38,381 bases of DNA, from IMG/VR virus record IMGVR_UViG_2909303794_000008. One strand, 5' to 3'. The DNA comes from a virus. Its lineage: Duplodnaviria; Heunggongvirae; Uroviricota; Caudoviricetes. Position numbers and translations under genes: made by a program. The notes under the pieces were generated by a model. The model did not search any database. It was not told the origin of the DNA and saw only the letters and a list, made by a program, of their open reading frames with translations. This document shows, piece after piece, positions 18,846 through 27,014 of the stretch (position 1 is its first letter; every line of letters starts with the position of its first letter).

Positions 18846-19309
18846 CAGATAAGCTCCACTGTGCAGTGCGGCGCATCCTGCACCCGGCTGATGGCCCAGC
18901 GGGCGTCACGCCATAAATCACCGCTTGCTTCCGCCAGTTCCTCGCCTCGCTTCGCACCGGATGCCGTGGCGTCATAGTCCTGGTAACGTTCGTTGAGCAT
19001 GGCGCGTGCCCAGCAGTAAACCGCGTTGAAATAGTGCTGAATGCGCTCGCTTTTGCCGTCCAGTTGTTCCGCCGGGACTTCTGCCAGCGAGGCATACCCC
19101 AGCATCTGCTGGCGTCTGCGAAACTCATACAGCTCTGCGTTGACCTCCGAAATTGCCGACAGGGCAACCTGTTTTAAACGCGGCTGCGTCACCGTGCCGT
19201 CAGTGCGCATCACACTGCGAAACTCCGACAGGTCCACATCAGGCCAGAACGGCGTATTCCTGATGATTTCCGCCTGTTCCGGTGCCTGTTCTGGCGCAAC
19301 AAACTTCAT
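18845..19309 (-). CDS. L: head completion/stabilisation protein L
   Basis: the track ORF starts at GTG 19372; ATG at 19309 with GGAG SD is preferred; alternative start is 19372. Confidence 0.75.
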   Translation of the reverse strand: MKFVAPEQAPEQAEIIRNTPFWPDVDLSEFRSVMRTDGTVTQPRLKQVALSAISEVNAELYEFRRRQQMLGYASLAEVPAEQLDGKSERIQHYFNAVYCWARAMLNERYQDYDATASGAKRGEELAEASGDLWRDARWAISRVQDAPHCTVELI

Positions 19310-19404
19310 GCTGCTTTCTCCTGAAATAGAGGGCGGTGGACGGGGTTTTGATGTGGCAGTGCCTTTCGCCACCCCGTGCCGCCCGTGCGCGGGGGCACGT
19401 TCTG

Positions 19405-20055
19405 TCAGCGGCTGTCATTGCGCAGTCTGCGCTCCAGCTGCTGTTTGTCTTTTTTCACGCCACAGCGGGGATCGAGCTGTAACGCATGGTTGAGATGATT
19501 AAGGGCAGACGCCGGATTGCTTTCACTCAGGACAGCGCCAATCGCTTTATGCAGACGCGCCCGTGACTGGTCCGGCATATCCATACCGTCTGTCAGCTCC
19601 AGGGTCTGCAGCAACAGATCGGCATCAAAACCGGTGGCGGCAAGCATTGCGCTCTGGGCTGCATCTGCCATTTCCTCTGCCAGCACGGTCTGCACGTTGC
19701 GGTTACCTAACGGCATCACCCAGCCATGACGCAGGGCGTGACGCCCGATCTCCAGCGCCCCGGCATAATCTCCGGCATCAATGCGCCACAGCATCACGTA
19801 CATCAGCACGTCATCCTGTTGAGCGCCTCCGGCAGCCAGGACACCCTCCGCCCAGGCGGCGTACTTCGGCAGCAGCTCCACCTTGATTTCCGCTTTTTTG
19901 ACCGTGGACTGAACGCCCTTGAGACGGCGGCGGTCTTCCGCCAGTTGCAGCAGCATCAGGTCATAGCCCGACGCGTGGCGAACGCTGCCGCCCTCGCGGG
20001 CGGCCTGTTCAGCCTGAACGCGCAGGCGATGCTGCCGTGCGGGACTCAGGCTCAT
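19405..20055 (-). CDS. M: terminase small (endonuclease) subunit M
   Basis: 216 aa; ATG at 20055; resembles P2 gpM. Confidence 0.8.
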   Translation of the reverse strand: MSLSPARQHRLRVQAEQAAREGGSVRHASGYDLMLLQLAEDRRRLKGVQSTVKKAEIKVELLPKYAAWAEGVLAAGGAQQDDVLMYVMLWRIDAGDYAGALEIGRHALRHGWVMPLGNRNVQTVLAEEMADAAQSAMLAATGFDADLLLQTLELTDGMDMPDQSRARLHKAIGAVLSESNPASALNHLNHALQLDPRCGVKKDKQQLERRLRNDSR

Positions 20056-20058
20056 GAA

Positions 20059-21117
20059 TTACGCTCCGGTTTCTGCTGCTGCGGCGCTGAAGTCGCCAAT
20101 CTGGATGTTTTCCACCAGTGCGGCGCAGCGGTAGTCCTCAACCACATAGGCTTCGTTAACGGATTCAAAGTTTTCAATCCGGTCACGTTTCGGGTTGTCG
20201 ATAACTGAGCGGCGGCGGGTGTCTTCCTGCCAGTAGATGGACAGGTTATCCAGACGGGTGATCAGCAGTGCATTCGGCGGGAAGAACGGCGCACGCACGG
20301 CCTGCAGGCCACCCATGCGTTTCTGACTGATGATCATATCGGCAGCCAGTTTTTCACTGTTTTCCTGCTCTTTGTTGACCAGCGGGAAATACTTGTCAGA
20401 CAGCAGTTCACGACCGCAAATCACCACCAGATCGTCATCGTCCTGGTAGACCACATCGATAAGCTCATTGACGGCATCCATCACCACGGCGTCCAGGTTG
20501 GCATATTCGCCACCTTTCCCGACTTTCACCGCACCCGGTGTGGTTTCACCACCCGTGGTGGTGCTGCCCATGACGTGATCCGGTGCATCTTCACGGATTT
20601 TCTGCAGCCAGCCTTTGTTCACATCCTGTAGCAGCGGGTTTTCGCTACGGTTGGAGGTTTTCGCACGCTTCACGCCGTTAAAGCCGATCATGATGCGGTC
20701 CAGAGCCTGACGTTTCACGATGGCGTCACGGATGCGCACCTGGAAATCCTGAAACTTCGCCCACAGGTCCAGCTTCGCGTAGGTCAGCACCGTGTCAAAG
20801 TTGGTCTGCTCGCATTTATATTCCACATCGACCATCAGCGTCGGATCGACAGGTTCACGCTCTTTCGCGGTGGTGTCAGTGGTTCCGGCAATGGTGCTGC
20901 CAACTCCCAGCCCCAGCAGCTGACCGGACTGCTCAGTCACTGGCGTGACGTTAATCAGCGTCAGGAAAGCGGCGGACTGCTGGATCTGGTCTTCCAGCGT
21001 CTGCTGCACAGACGGCTCCACGGTGAACTTGCTGGACAGTTCTTCAACTGCCACACCGTTCAGACGCGCCAGCTGCTGCAGGTAAGCGTTAAAAGCAAAG
21101 CGGGTATTCTTCTTCAT
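20059..21117 (-). CDS. N: major capsid protein N
   Basis: 352 aa; strong resemblance to P2 gpN across the whole length. Confidence 0.9.
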   Translation of the reverse strand: MKKNTRFAFNAYLQQLARLNGVAVEELSSKFTVEPSVQQTLEDQIQQSAAFLTLINVTPVTEQSGQLLGLGVGSTIAGTTDTTAKEREPVDPTLMVDVEYKCEQTNFDTVLTYAKLDLWAKFQDFQVRIRDAIVKRQALDRIMIGFNGVKRAKTSNRSENPLLQDVNKGWLQKIREDAPDHVMGSTTTGGETTPGAVKVGKGGEYANLDAVVMDAVNELIDVVYQDDDDLVVICGRELLSDKYFPLVNKEQENSEKLAADMIISQKRMGGLQAVRAPFFPPNALLITRLDNLSIYWQEDTRRRSVIDNPKRDRIENFESVNEAYVVEDYRCAALVENIQIGDFSAAAAETGA

Positions 21118-21133
21118 CGGGTTTTGTGCTCCA

Positions 21134-21967
21134 TCAGCAATTGGTCAGAGTGTCAGCGGGGGCGTTACCGCCTGTTGCACGCTGGCGGTAGTCCTGGCGA
21201 CTGTCTTCATGACTCAGCTTGTCCACCAGTTCGTTAAAGGCGGTTTGCTGTGCCTGCAGGGCAGTCTCCAGCTCAGACAGGCGTTCTTCCTGCTCAGACA
21301 GGGATTTTTCGGTGCGTGCGCTCAGGTTCTGCTGCTCAGTGGCGACCAGCTCCACGGCCTTATGCACATCAGAGAACCGGGCGTCATCGGACTGCTCTTT
21401 TTTGGTAAACAGCGCCGTGACGCGGGCAAACAGGGACGGTTTGTCGTCCTGGATTTCTTCCAGTTCGATCACCGTTTCCTCTGCAGCGGTAAAGAGATTG
21501 GCAGGATTCTGCTTGCGGTTTGCCAGCGGGTTATGGGCTGCACTGGCGCTGAATGTCAGCATTTCCGTACCCAGACTGGCAGGGTCATCAGTGGCAGCCA
21601 GGCCGACCAGATAGGCTTTGCCCGTATCAGCGAACTTCGGGCTGACTTCCATAGAGGTGAATAATTTCTGGCCTTTTTTCACCAGTTCCACCAGGGACTC
21701 CGTTGGCTCAACGTCGGCATACAGCGCCATCTTGCCTGCCAGCGGACCTTCCGTGATTTCTTCAGCAAACAGCGCCGTCACCTTGCCGTAGCGGTTAAAA
21801 GTGCTGTCCGGCAGATAAGACTTGATGTGCTCAAGGTTAATCAGCGCGGTATACACCGCCGGGTTGTAGCTGGCTGCCATCTGTTCCAGCCATTCACGCT
21901 GGATTTCGCGTCCGTCGGTGGTGGCACCTTCCACCCCGATGCGAAAACGCTTTGCTTTCACTGTCAT
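21134..21967 (-). CDS. O: capsid scaffolding protein O
   Basis: 277 aa; N-terminus KRFRIGVEGATTDGR; divergent from P. Confidence 0.85.
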   Translation of the reverse strand: MTVKAKRFRIGVEGATTDGREIQREWLEQMAASYNPAVYTALINLEHIKSYLPDSTFNRYGKVTALFAEEITEGPLAGKMALYADVEPTESLVELVKKGQKLFTSMEVSPKFADTGKAYLVGLAATDDPASLGTEMLTFSASAAHNPLANRKQNPANLFTAAEETVIELEEIQDDKPSLFARVTALFTKKEQSDDARFSDVHKAVELVATEQQNLSARTEKSLSEQEERLSELETALQAQQTAFNELVDKLSHEDSRQDYRQRATGGNAPADTLTNC

Positions 21968-22045
21968 GAGCCGTGCTCCGTTAGAAAAAACTTACTGGAG
22001 CCTTATGGTTGCGGTGATGGGGGCAGTGAAACAATGCGCGGTATT

Positions 22046-22063
22046 TGTACCGACAACCACACA
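22046..22063. promoter_or_regulatory. TGT-N12-ACA dyad (Ogr-type activator site) in the divergent P/O promoter region
   Basis: tgtaccgacaaccacaca; centre ~88 bp from the O ATG and ~55 bp from the P ATG. Confidence 0.5.
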
Positions 22064-22109
22064 AACCGCAGGCGGGGAAAGCCTTCATTCAAGGCTGTAG
22101 GTTTGTGCC

Positions 22110-23876
22110 ATGAACACCACACTGACACCCGCAGATCTCGATCCCCGTCGGCAGGCCATGCTGCTGTACTTTCAGGGATACCGCGTAGCCCGCATTGCTG
22201 AAATGCTGGGCGAGAAAGTTGCAACCGTTCACAGCTGGAAAAAACGCGACAAGTGGGGTGACTATGGGCCGCTGGATCAGATGCAGCTCACCACCGCCGC
22301 ACGCTACTGCCAGCTCATTATGAAGGAGCACAAAGAAGGGAAAGATTTCAAAGAGATTGACCTGCTGGCGCGCCAGTCGGAGCGCCATGCGCGGATCGGC
22401 AAGTTTAACAATGGCGGCAACGAAGCCGACTTAAACCCTAACGTCGCCAACCGCAACAAAGGCCCGCGCCGTCAGCCGGAAAAGAACGTTTTCACCGATG
22501 AACAGATTGAGAAGCTGGAAGAAATCTTCCATTCCTCCATGTTCAACTACCAGCGCCACTGGTGGGAAGCCGGAAAAACCAACCGCATCCGCAACCTGCT
22601 GAAGTCACGCCAGATCGGCGCGACCTTCTATTTTGCCCGTGAAGCCCTGATTGACGCCCTGCTAACCGGGCGTAACCAGATTTTCCTTTCCGCCAGCAAG
22701 GCTCAGGCCCACGTCTTTAAGCAGTACATCATCGACTTCGCCAAAGAAGTGGAGGTGGAGCTGAAAGGCGATCCGATGGTGCTTCCTAACGGGGCCACGC
22801 TGTACTTCCTCGGCACCAATGCCCGCACGGCCCAGAGTTACCACGGCAACCTGTATCTGGATGAATATTTCTGGATACCGAAATTCCAGGAGCTGCGCAA
22901 AGTGGCTTCCGGTATGGCTATTCACAAAAAATGGCGACAAACCTATTTTTCCACGCCATCCAGCCTGACACACAGTGCTTATCCGTTCTGGTCCGGTGCG
23001 CTGTTCAACCGAGGGCGCAACAAAGCCGATAAGGTGGACATCGACCTGTCCCACAGCAATCTGGCCCCCGGCCTGCTGTGCGCAGACGGACAGTACCGCC
23101 AGATAGTCACTGTGGAAGATGCGGTGCGCGGCGGCTGTAACCTGTTCGACCTCGACCAGTTGCGCATGGAGTACAGCCCGGACGAATACCAGAACCTGCT
23201 GATGTGTGAGTTCGTGGACGATCTCGCGTCTGTGTTCCCACTCAGCGAGCTGCAGGCGTGCATGGTGGACAGTTGGGAAGTCTGGACCGACTTTCATGCA
23301 CTGGCCCTGCGCCCGTTTGGCTGGCGCGAAGTGTGGATCGGGTATGACCCGGCGAAAGGTACGCAGAACGGCGACAGCGCCGGATGCGTGGTGGTGGCGC
23401 CGCCAGCCGTGCCGGGCGGTAAGTTCCGCATTCTTGAGCGTCACCAGTGGCGCGGAATGGACTTCCGCGCCCAGGCTGACGCCATCAAAAAACTGACCGA
23501 ACAGTACAACGTGACCTATATCGGTATCGACTCAACCGGCGTTGGTCACGGGGTTTACGAGAACGTGAAAGCGTTTTTTCCTGCCGTCCGGGAGTTTGTC
23601 TACAACCCCAACGTTAAAAACGCCCTGGTACTCAAGGCCTACGACATTATCAGCCACCGCCGTCTGGAGTTTGACGCCGGACACACCGACATTGCGCAGT
23701 CATTCATGGCAATCCGTCGCGCAACCACCGCCAGTGGCAACCGCCCAACCTATGAAGCCAGCCGCAGCGAAGAAGCCAGCCACGCCGATCTGGCCTGGGC
23801 AACGATGCACGCACTGTTTAACGAACCGCTGCAGGGCGAGTCCGCCAATACCAGCAATATTGTGGAGATTTTTTGA
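22110..23876 (+). CDS. P: terminase large (ATPase) subunit P
   Basis: 588 aa, ATG at 22110; P2 gpP-like. Confidence 0.9.
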   Translation: MNTTLTPADLDPRRQAMLLYFQGYRVARIAEMLGEKVATVHSWKKRDKWGDYGPLDQMQLTTAARYCQLIMKEHKEGKDFKEIDLLARQSERHARIGKFNNGGNEADLNPNVANRNKGPRRQPEKNVFTDEQIEKLEEIFHSSMFNYQRHWWEAGKTNRIRNLLKSRQIGATFYFAREALIDALLTGRNQIFLSASKAQAHVFKQYIIDFAKEVEVELKGDPMVLPNGATLYFLGTNARTAQSYHGNLYLDEYFWIPKFQELRKVASGMAIHKKWRQTYFSTPSSLTHSAYPFWSGALFNRGRNKADKVDIDLSHSNLAPGLLCADGQYRQIVTVEDAVRGGCNLFDLDQLRMEYSPDEYQNLLMCEFVDDLASVFPLSELQACMVDSWEVWTDFHALALRPFGWREVWIGYDPAKGTQNGDSAGCVVVAPPAVPGGKFRILERHQWRGMDFRAQADAIKKLTEQYNVTYIGIDSTGVGHGVYENVKAFFPAVREFVYNPNVKNALVLKAYDIISHRRLEFDAGHTDIAQSFMAIRRATTASGNRPTYEASRSEEASHADLAWATMHALFNEPLQGESANTSNIVEIF

Positions 23877-24901
23877 TGGGAAAGAGTAAGAAAAACCGCA
23901 CTGCGGCGACGAATCAGATCCAGCATAAAAGCCAGACTTCAGCCGAAGCATTCAGCTTCGGTGATCCCGTTCCTGTACTTGACCGCCGCGAACTGCTGGA
24001 CTATGTGCAATGCGTACAGACAGATCGCTGGTATGAGCCGCCAGTGAGTTTCGACGGTCTGGCTCGCACCTTCCGCGCCGCCGTGCATCACAGTTCCCCG
24101 ATTGCAGTAAAGTGCAACATTCTGACCAGTACCTATATCCCTCATCCTCTGCTCAGCCAGCAGGCTTTTTCGCGTTTTGTGCAGGACTATCTGGTATTTG
24201 GCAACGCCTATCTGGAGAAACGCACGAACCGCTTCGGTGAAGTGATCGCCCTTGAACCTGCGCTGGCAAAATACACCCGACGCGGATTAGACCTGGATAC
24301 CTACTGGTTTGTGCAATACGGTATGACAACCCAGCCGTATCAGTTCACGAAAGGCAGCATCTTTCATCTGATGGAACCGGACATCAACCAGGAGATCTAC
24401 GGCCTGCCCGGTTATCTTTCTGCCATTCCGTCAGCCCTGCTCAACGAGTCCGCCACGCTGTTCCGCCGAAAGTATTACATTAACGGCAGTCATGCTGGCT
24501 TCATCATGTACATGACCGATGCTGCGCAGAACCAGGAGGATGTGAACAACCTCCGCAACGCAATGAAAAGCGCCAAAGGTCCAGGCAACTTCCGCAACCT
24601 GTTTATGTACTCACCTAACGGCAAAAAGGATGGTCTTCAGATTATCCCGTTGTCAGAAGTCGCGGCAAAGGATGAATTTCTGAACATCAAGAACGTGAGC
24701 CGGGATGACATGATGGCGGCACACCGCGTGCCTCCACAAATGATGGGTATCATGCCGAATAATGTTGGCGGGTTTGGGGATGTGGAGAAGGCATCCACGG
24801 TTTTTGTACGTAATGAATTAAAGCCTCTTCAACAACGAATTAGAGAGGTGAACAATTGGCTACATGATGACGTAATAAAATTCCAAGATTACTCCTTGTA
24901 A
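23876..24901 (+). CDS. Q: portal protein Q
   Basis: ATG at 23876 overlaps the P stop (TGATG); the track start 23873 is TTG; P2 gpQ-like. Confidence 0.9.
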   Translation: MGKSKKNRTAATNQIQHKSQTSAEAFSFGDPVPVLDRRELLDYVQCVQTDRWYEPPVSFDGLARTFRAAVHHSSPIAVKCNILTSTYIPHPLLSQQAFSRFVQDYLVFGNAYLEKRTNRFGEVIALEPALAKYTRRGLDLDTYWFVQYGMTTQPYQFTKGSIFHLMEPDINQEIYGLPGYLSAIPSALLNESATLFRRKYYINGSHAGFIMYMTDAAQNQEDVNNLRNAMKSAKGPGNFRNLFMYSPNGKKDGLQIIPLSEVAAKDEFLNIKNVSRDDMMAAHRVPPQMMGIMPNNVGGFGDVEKASTVFVRNELKPLQQRIREVNNWLHDDVIKFQDYSL

Positions 24902-24904
24902 TTA

Positions 24905-24942
24905 AAGCCTCTTCTTTAGAAACCCATCCAAAGAAGAGGCTT
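24905..24942. terminator. 13-bp perfect inverted repeat between convergent Q and NTase genes (bidirectional terminator-like hairpin)
   Basis: aagcctcttcttt(24905-24917)/aaagaagaggctt(24930-24942), 12-nt loop; no clear U-tract. Confidence 0.4.
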
Positions 24943-24953
24943 ATTGCCACCCG

Positions 24954-25271
24954 TTATATACCACATACAAAATTGATCTTAACGCTTTTATCAACAACAA
25001 GCAGAGAAGTGCCAACAGACTTAATAAATCCCAGTTCATACTCTTCTGAATGCGTCATTGTAATAATATGAACAGGAACAAATAAATCAAGCTCCCGCAG
25101 CTTTCGCTTCAATAATAAACCATCGACACAATCACCTATCACAAGCATATCAATATCATTTGCATCGCAAAAACTCTTTAATGCTGACCCAAATACATAT
25201 ACATCCACCATATATAAACTATGATGGATAATAACATCACAGATCGATTCAATCGTATGTTTAAAATTCAC
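24954..25271 (-). CDS. minimal nucleotidyltransferase (Pol-beta superfamily, MNT-like)
   Basis: 105 aa with the GS-X9-DID motif (VYVFGSALKSFCDANDIDMLVIG); GTG start overlapping the upstream TAG stop by 1 nt; AT-rich. Confidence 0.6.
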   Translation of the reverse strand: MNFKHTIESICDVIIHHSLYMVDVYVFGSALKSFCDANDIDMLVIGDCVDGLLLKRKLRELDLFVPVHIITMTHSEEYELGFIKSVGTSLLVVDKSVKINFVCGI

Positions 25272-25930
25272 TACCGTGAAATTCTTCGTAATAAATCACC
25301 CAACTTGTAAAGCTCCACCCCGATACTTTGAGCAGCCTCTTTTGCCTGAGTCGTCAATCGTCCATTAGGATTGGAGGAAAAAACAACATCACAATTGCCA
25401 TGCAACCCTATCGCATCTCTTACAGAACCCGCTGTCATATCATAATCATTCGCAGCGATAATAACTAAGTCCGCCAAGCCACGTCTTTTAAGTCTATATT
25501 TTTTGTTGGTTTCTCGCTCTACAGAGCTTACATGTGAATGTTGATTGAACACTCTATTTATAAACAAATGCTCTTTATCAAGATGCTCAAGCGGATTATT
25601 AGCTCTTAAAGAAGATGCAATATGCCCAAATGAACCCACTCCTATTTTCTTTTGTTCTAGTAATCTCATTGCATCACCAGAGATAAATTCAACACCTCCC
25701 TTGACTGATAGAAAATCAATTTTTTTATTGTCTAGGTATTCATTTATCTCAGGACATGTTATCCGGCCAGTATTGATTGCCCCGATCAAATAGGTGTCAC
25801 CCTGTGTAGTATTAATCACTAAAGTACCATCACCTATCACCTCTATATTTTCGACACATTTATTTTCTTGTAATTTTCCTGCCATCCATGAAATATAGCC
25901 TTCACTCGCATTTATGCTCATTGGATTCAT
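25271..25930 (-). CDS. hypothetical protein, middle gene of three-gene cargo operon
   Basis: 219 aa; ATGA overlap with the upstream gene and 1-nt overlap with the downstream gene; no domain recognised with confidence (weak Rx6H HEPN-like motif RANNPLEH). Confidence 0.5.
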   Translation of the reverse strand: MNPMSINASEGYISWMAGKLQENKCVENIEVIGDGTLVINTTQGDTYLIGAINTGRITCPEINEYLDNKKIDFLSVKGGVEFISGDAMRLLEQKKIGVGSFGHIASSLRANNPLEHLDKEHLFINRVFNQHSHVSSVERETNKKYRLKRRGLADLVIIAANDYDMTAGSVRDAIGLHGNCDVVFSSNPNGRLTTQAKEAAQSIGVELYKLGDLLRRISR

Positions 25931-26622
25931 CCTATAAATAGTTCAGATGCAGCTTCTGGAAACCTACTACCATTAGCATCGGTTAAGCCCAAATGTTTTG
26001 ATTCAAAGTCATCTATATGAACACAAAGCTTTGAAAAAACATTCTTCTCATCTTCACTCATGAGGTGATAGTTTTGTTCAACCAGTCGCTGTACTTTTCT
26101 ATTGTTGGGTAAGATATGAGATTGTACTTTTCTTAACCATACTTCTGCATTTGGATTTTCAGGGTCAACGCTGTTCTCTTGGGTTGGTCCATATGTTACA
26201 AAAATGGTATTGTTTTCTCTGAAGTATTTTTCTAACTCCTGTCTAACAGATTCTCGATTGTCATATGTTTTAACACCAAAGGTTGCATTTATTTTATCAA
26301 TATGGCCGTTTTTCCAAGAACGGATAATTTCATCAGTAAAATGTTCCTCTGCCTTATCAATTGTCGTATGGCAATTAGCACATAGAAGAATAATGTTGTC
26401 AAAATGACCTCTCTGCTCATCAGTTAGATCAGCATTGGTTCTAGGTCCATTATCAATGGCACTAAAAATGTGAGCAAGTTCTCCAATTGTTATATTTTTG
26501 TCGCCAGCATCAACAAACAAAGGTTGCAAACATTGTGGATTTTGGCAAAAGCCACCTGAGCTGGCAAAAAGCCGTCTAACTGTATTAGCGTTTGGAGAAG
26601 CTTTTCCCCTACTGCAAGCCAT
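25927..26622 (-). CDS. HNH endonuclease-domain protein
   Basis: 231 aa; CQNPQC...GELAHI...N...LLCANCH (HNH with zinc-binding cysteines); ATG at 26622 with AAGG SD. Confidence 0.65.
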   Translation of the reverse strand: MACSRGKASPNANTVRRLFASSGGFCQNPQCLQPLFVDAGDKNITIGELAHIFSAIDNGPRTNADLTDEQRGHFDNIILLCANCHTTIDKAEEHFTDEIIRSWKNGHIDKINATFGVKTYDNRESVRQELEKYFRENNTIFVTYGPTQENSVDPENPNAEVWLRKVQSHILPNNRKVQRLVEQNYHLMSEDEKNVFSKLCVHIDDFESKHLGLTDANGSRFPEAASELFIG

Positions 26623-26710
26623 GAACTAACCTTAAAAGTATAGAAATTAGGATGTTAATTTATTACTGAACAACCCTATAAGCAAGCTTGCTAATTGTGG
26701 TGAGCGCGCG

Positions 26711-26729
26711 CTCGTATCCCCGCCACGCC
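26711..26729 (-). other. putative cos (cohesive-end) site
   Basis: minus strand reads GGCGTGGCGGGGATACGAG followed by CGCGCGCTCAC; the first 13 nt match the P2/186 cohesive end as I recall it (GGCG[A/T]GGCGGGGAAAGCA[C/T]); lies in the intergenic gap between the two cargo clusters. Confidence 0.35.
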
Positions 26730-26914
26730 TGCCCGCTTTATGTAGCGGTTTTCATGCAGGCGCATGATCTACGCAAAATCCCACCAGTTCTGGCGTGCCT
26801 TAGCAAAAACGATCCGCAAACGATCATGCGATCTCATGCGGCATAGTCATGCACTTACGGGGGAAGTGAAATCCCGTAACCGAATGACCGCTTGAAAAAC
26901 AAAACTCTCGTTTT

Positions 26915-26949
26915 TATAAAGCACAAAGTCCGCTTTGAGCAAAGCGGAC
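26915..26949 (-). terminator. rho-independent terminator downstream of the KAP NTPase gene
   Basis: stem gtccgcttt(26928-26936)/aaagcggac(26941-26949) followed on the minus strand by TTTGTGCTTTAT. Confidence 0.5.
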
Positions 26950-27014
26950 GTTAATAATTTTACTGACTATCCCTAGTACTTCTAATAATATTGCCTATGT
27001 TAATCAACAAAAAG

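Noticed and set aside
22070-22082. cos-like motif AGGCGGGGAAAGC in the P/O intergenic region
   Set aside because: A 13-nt match to my recalled P2 cohesive-end sequence, but the location between P and O is wrong for cos in P2-like genomes and it lacks the 5' GGCG; more likely part of the late promoter region.
22662-23444. 260-aa ORF on the minus strand
   Set aside because: Antisense within terminase gene P; no start context and an Arg/His/Ala-rich artefactual translation.
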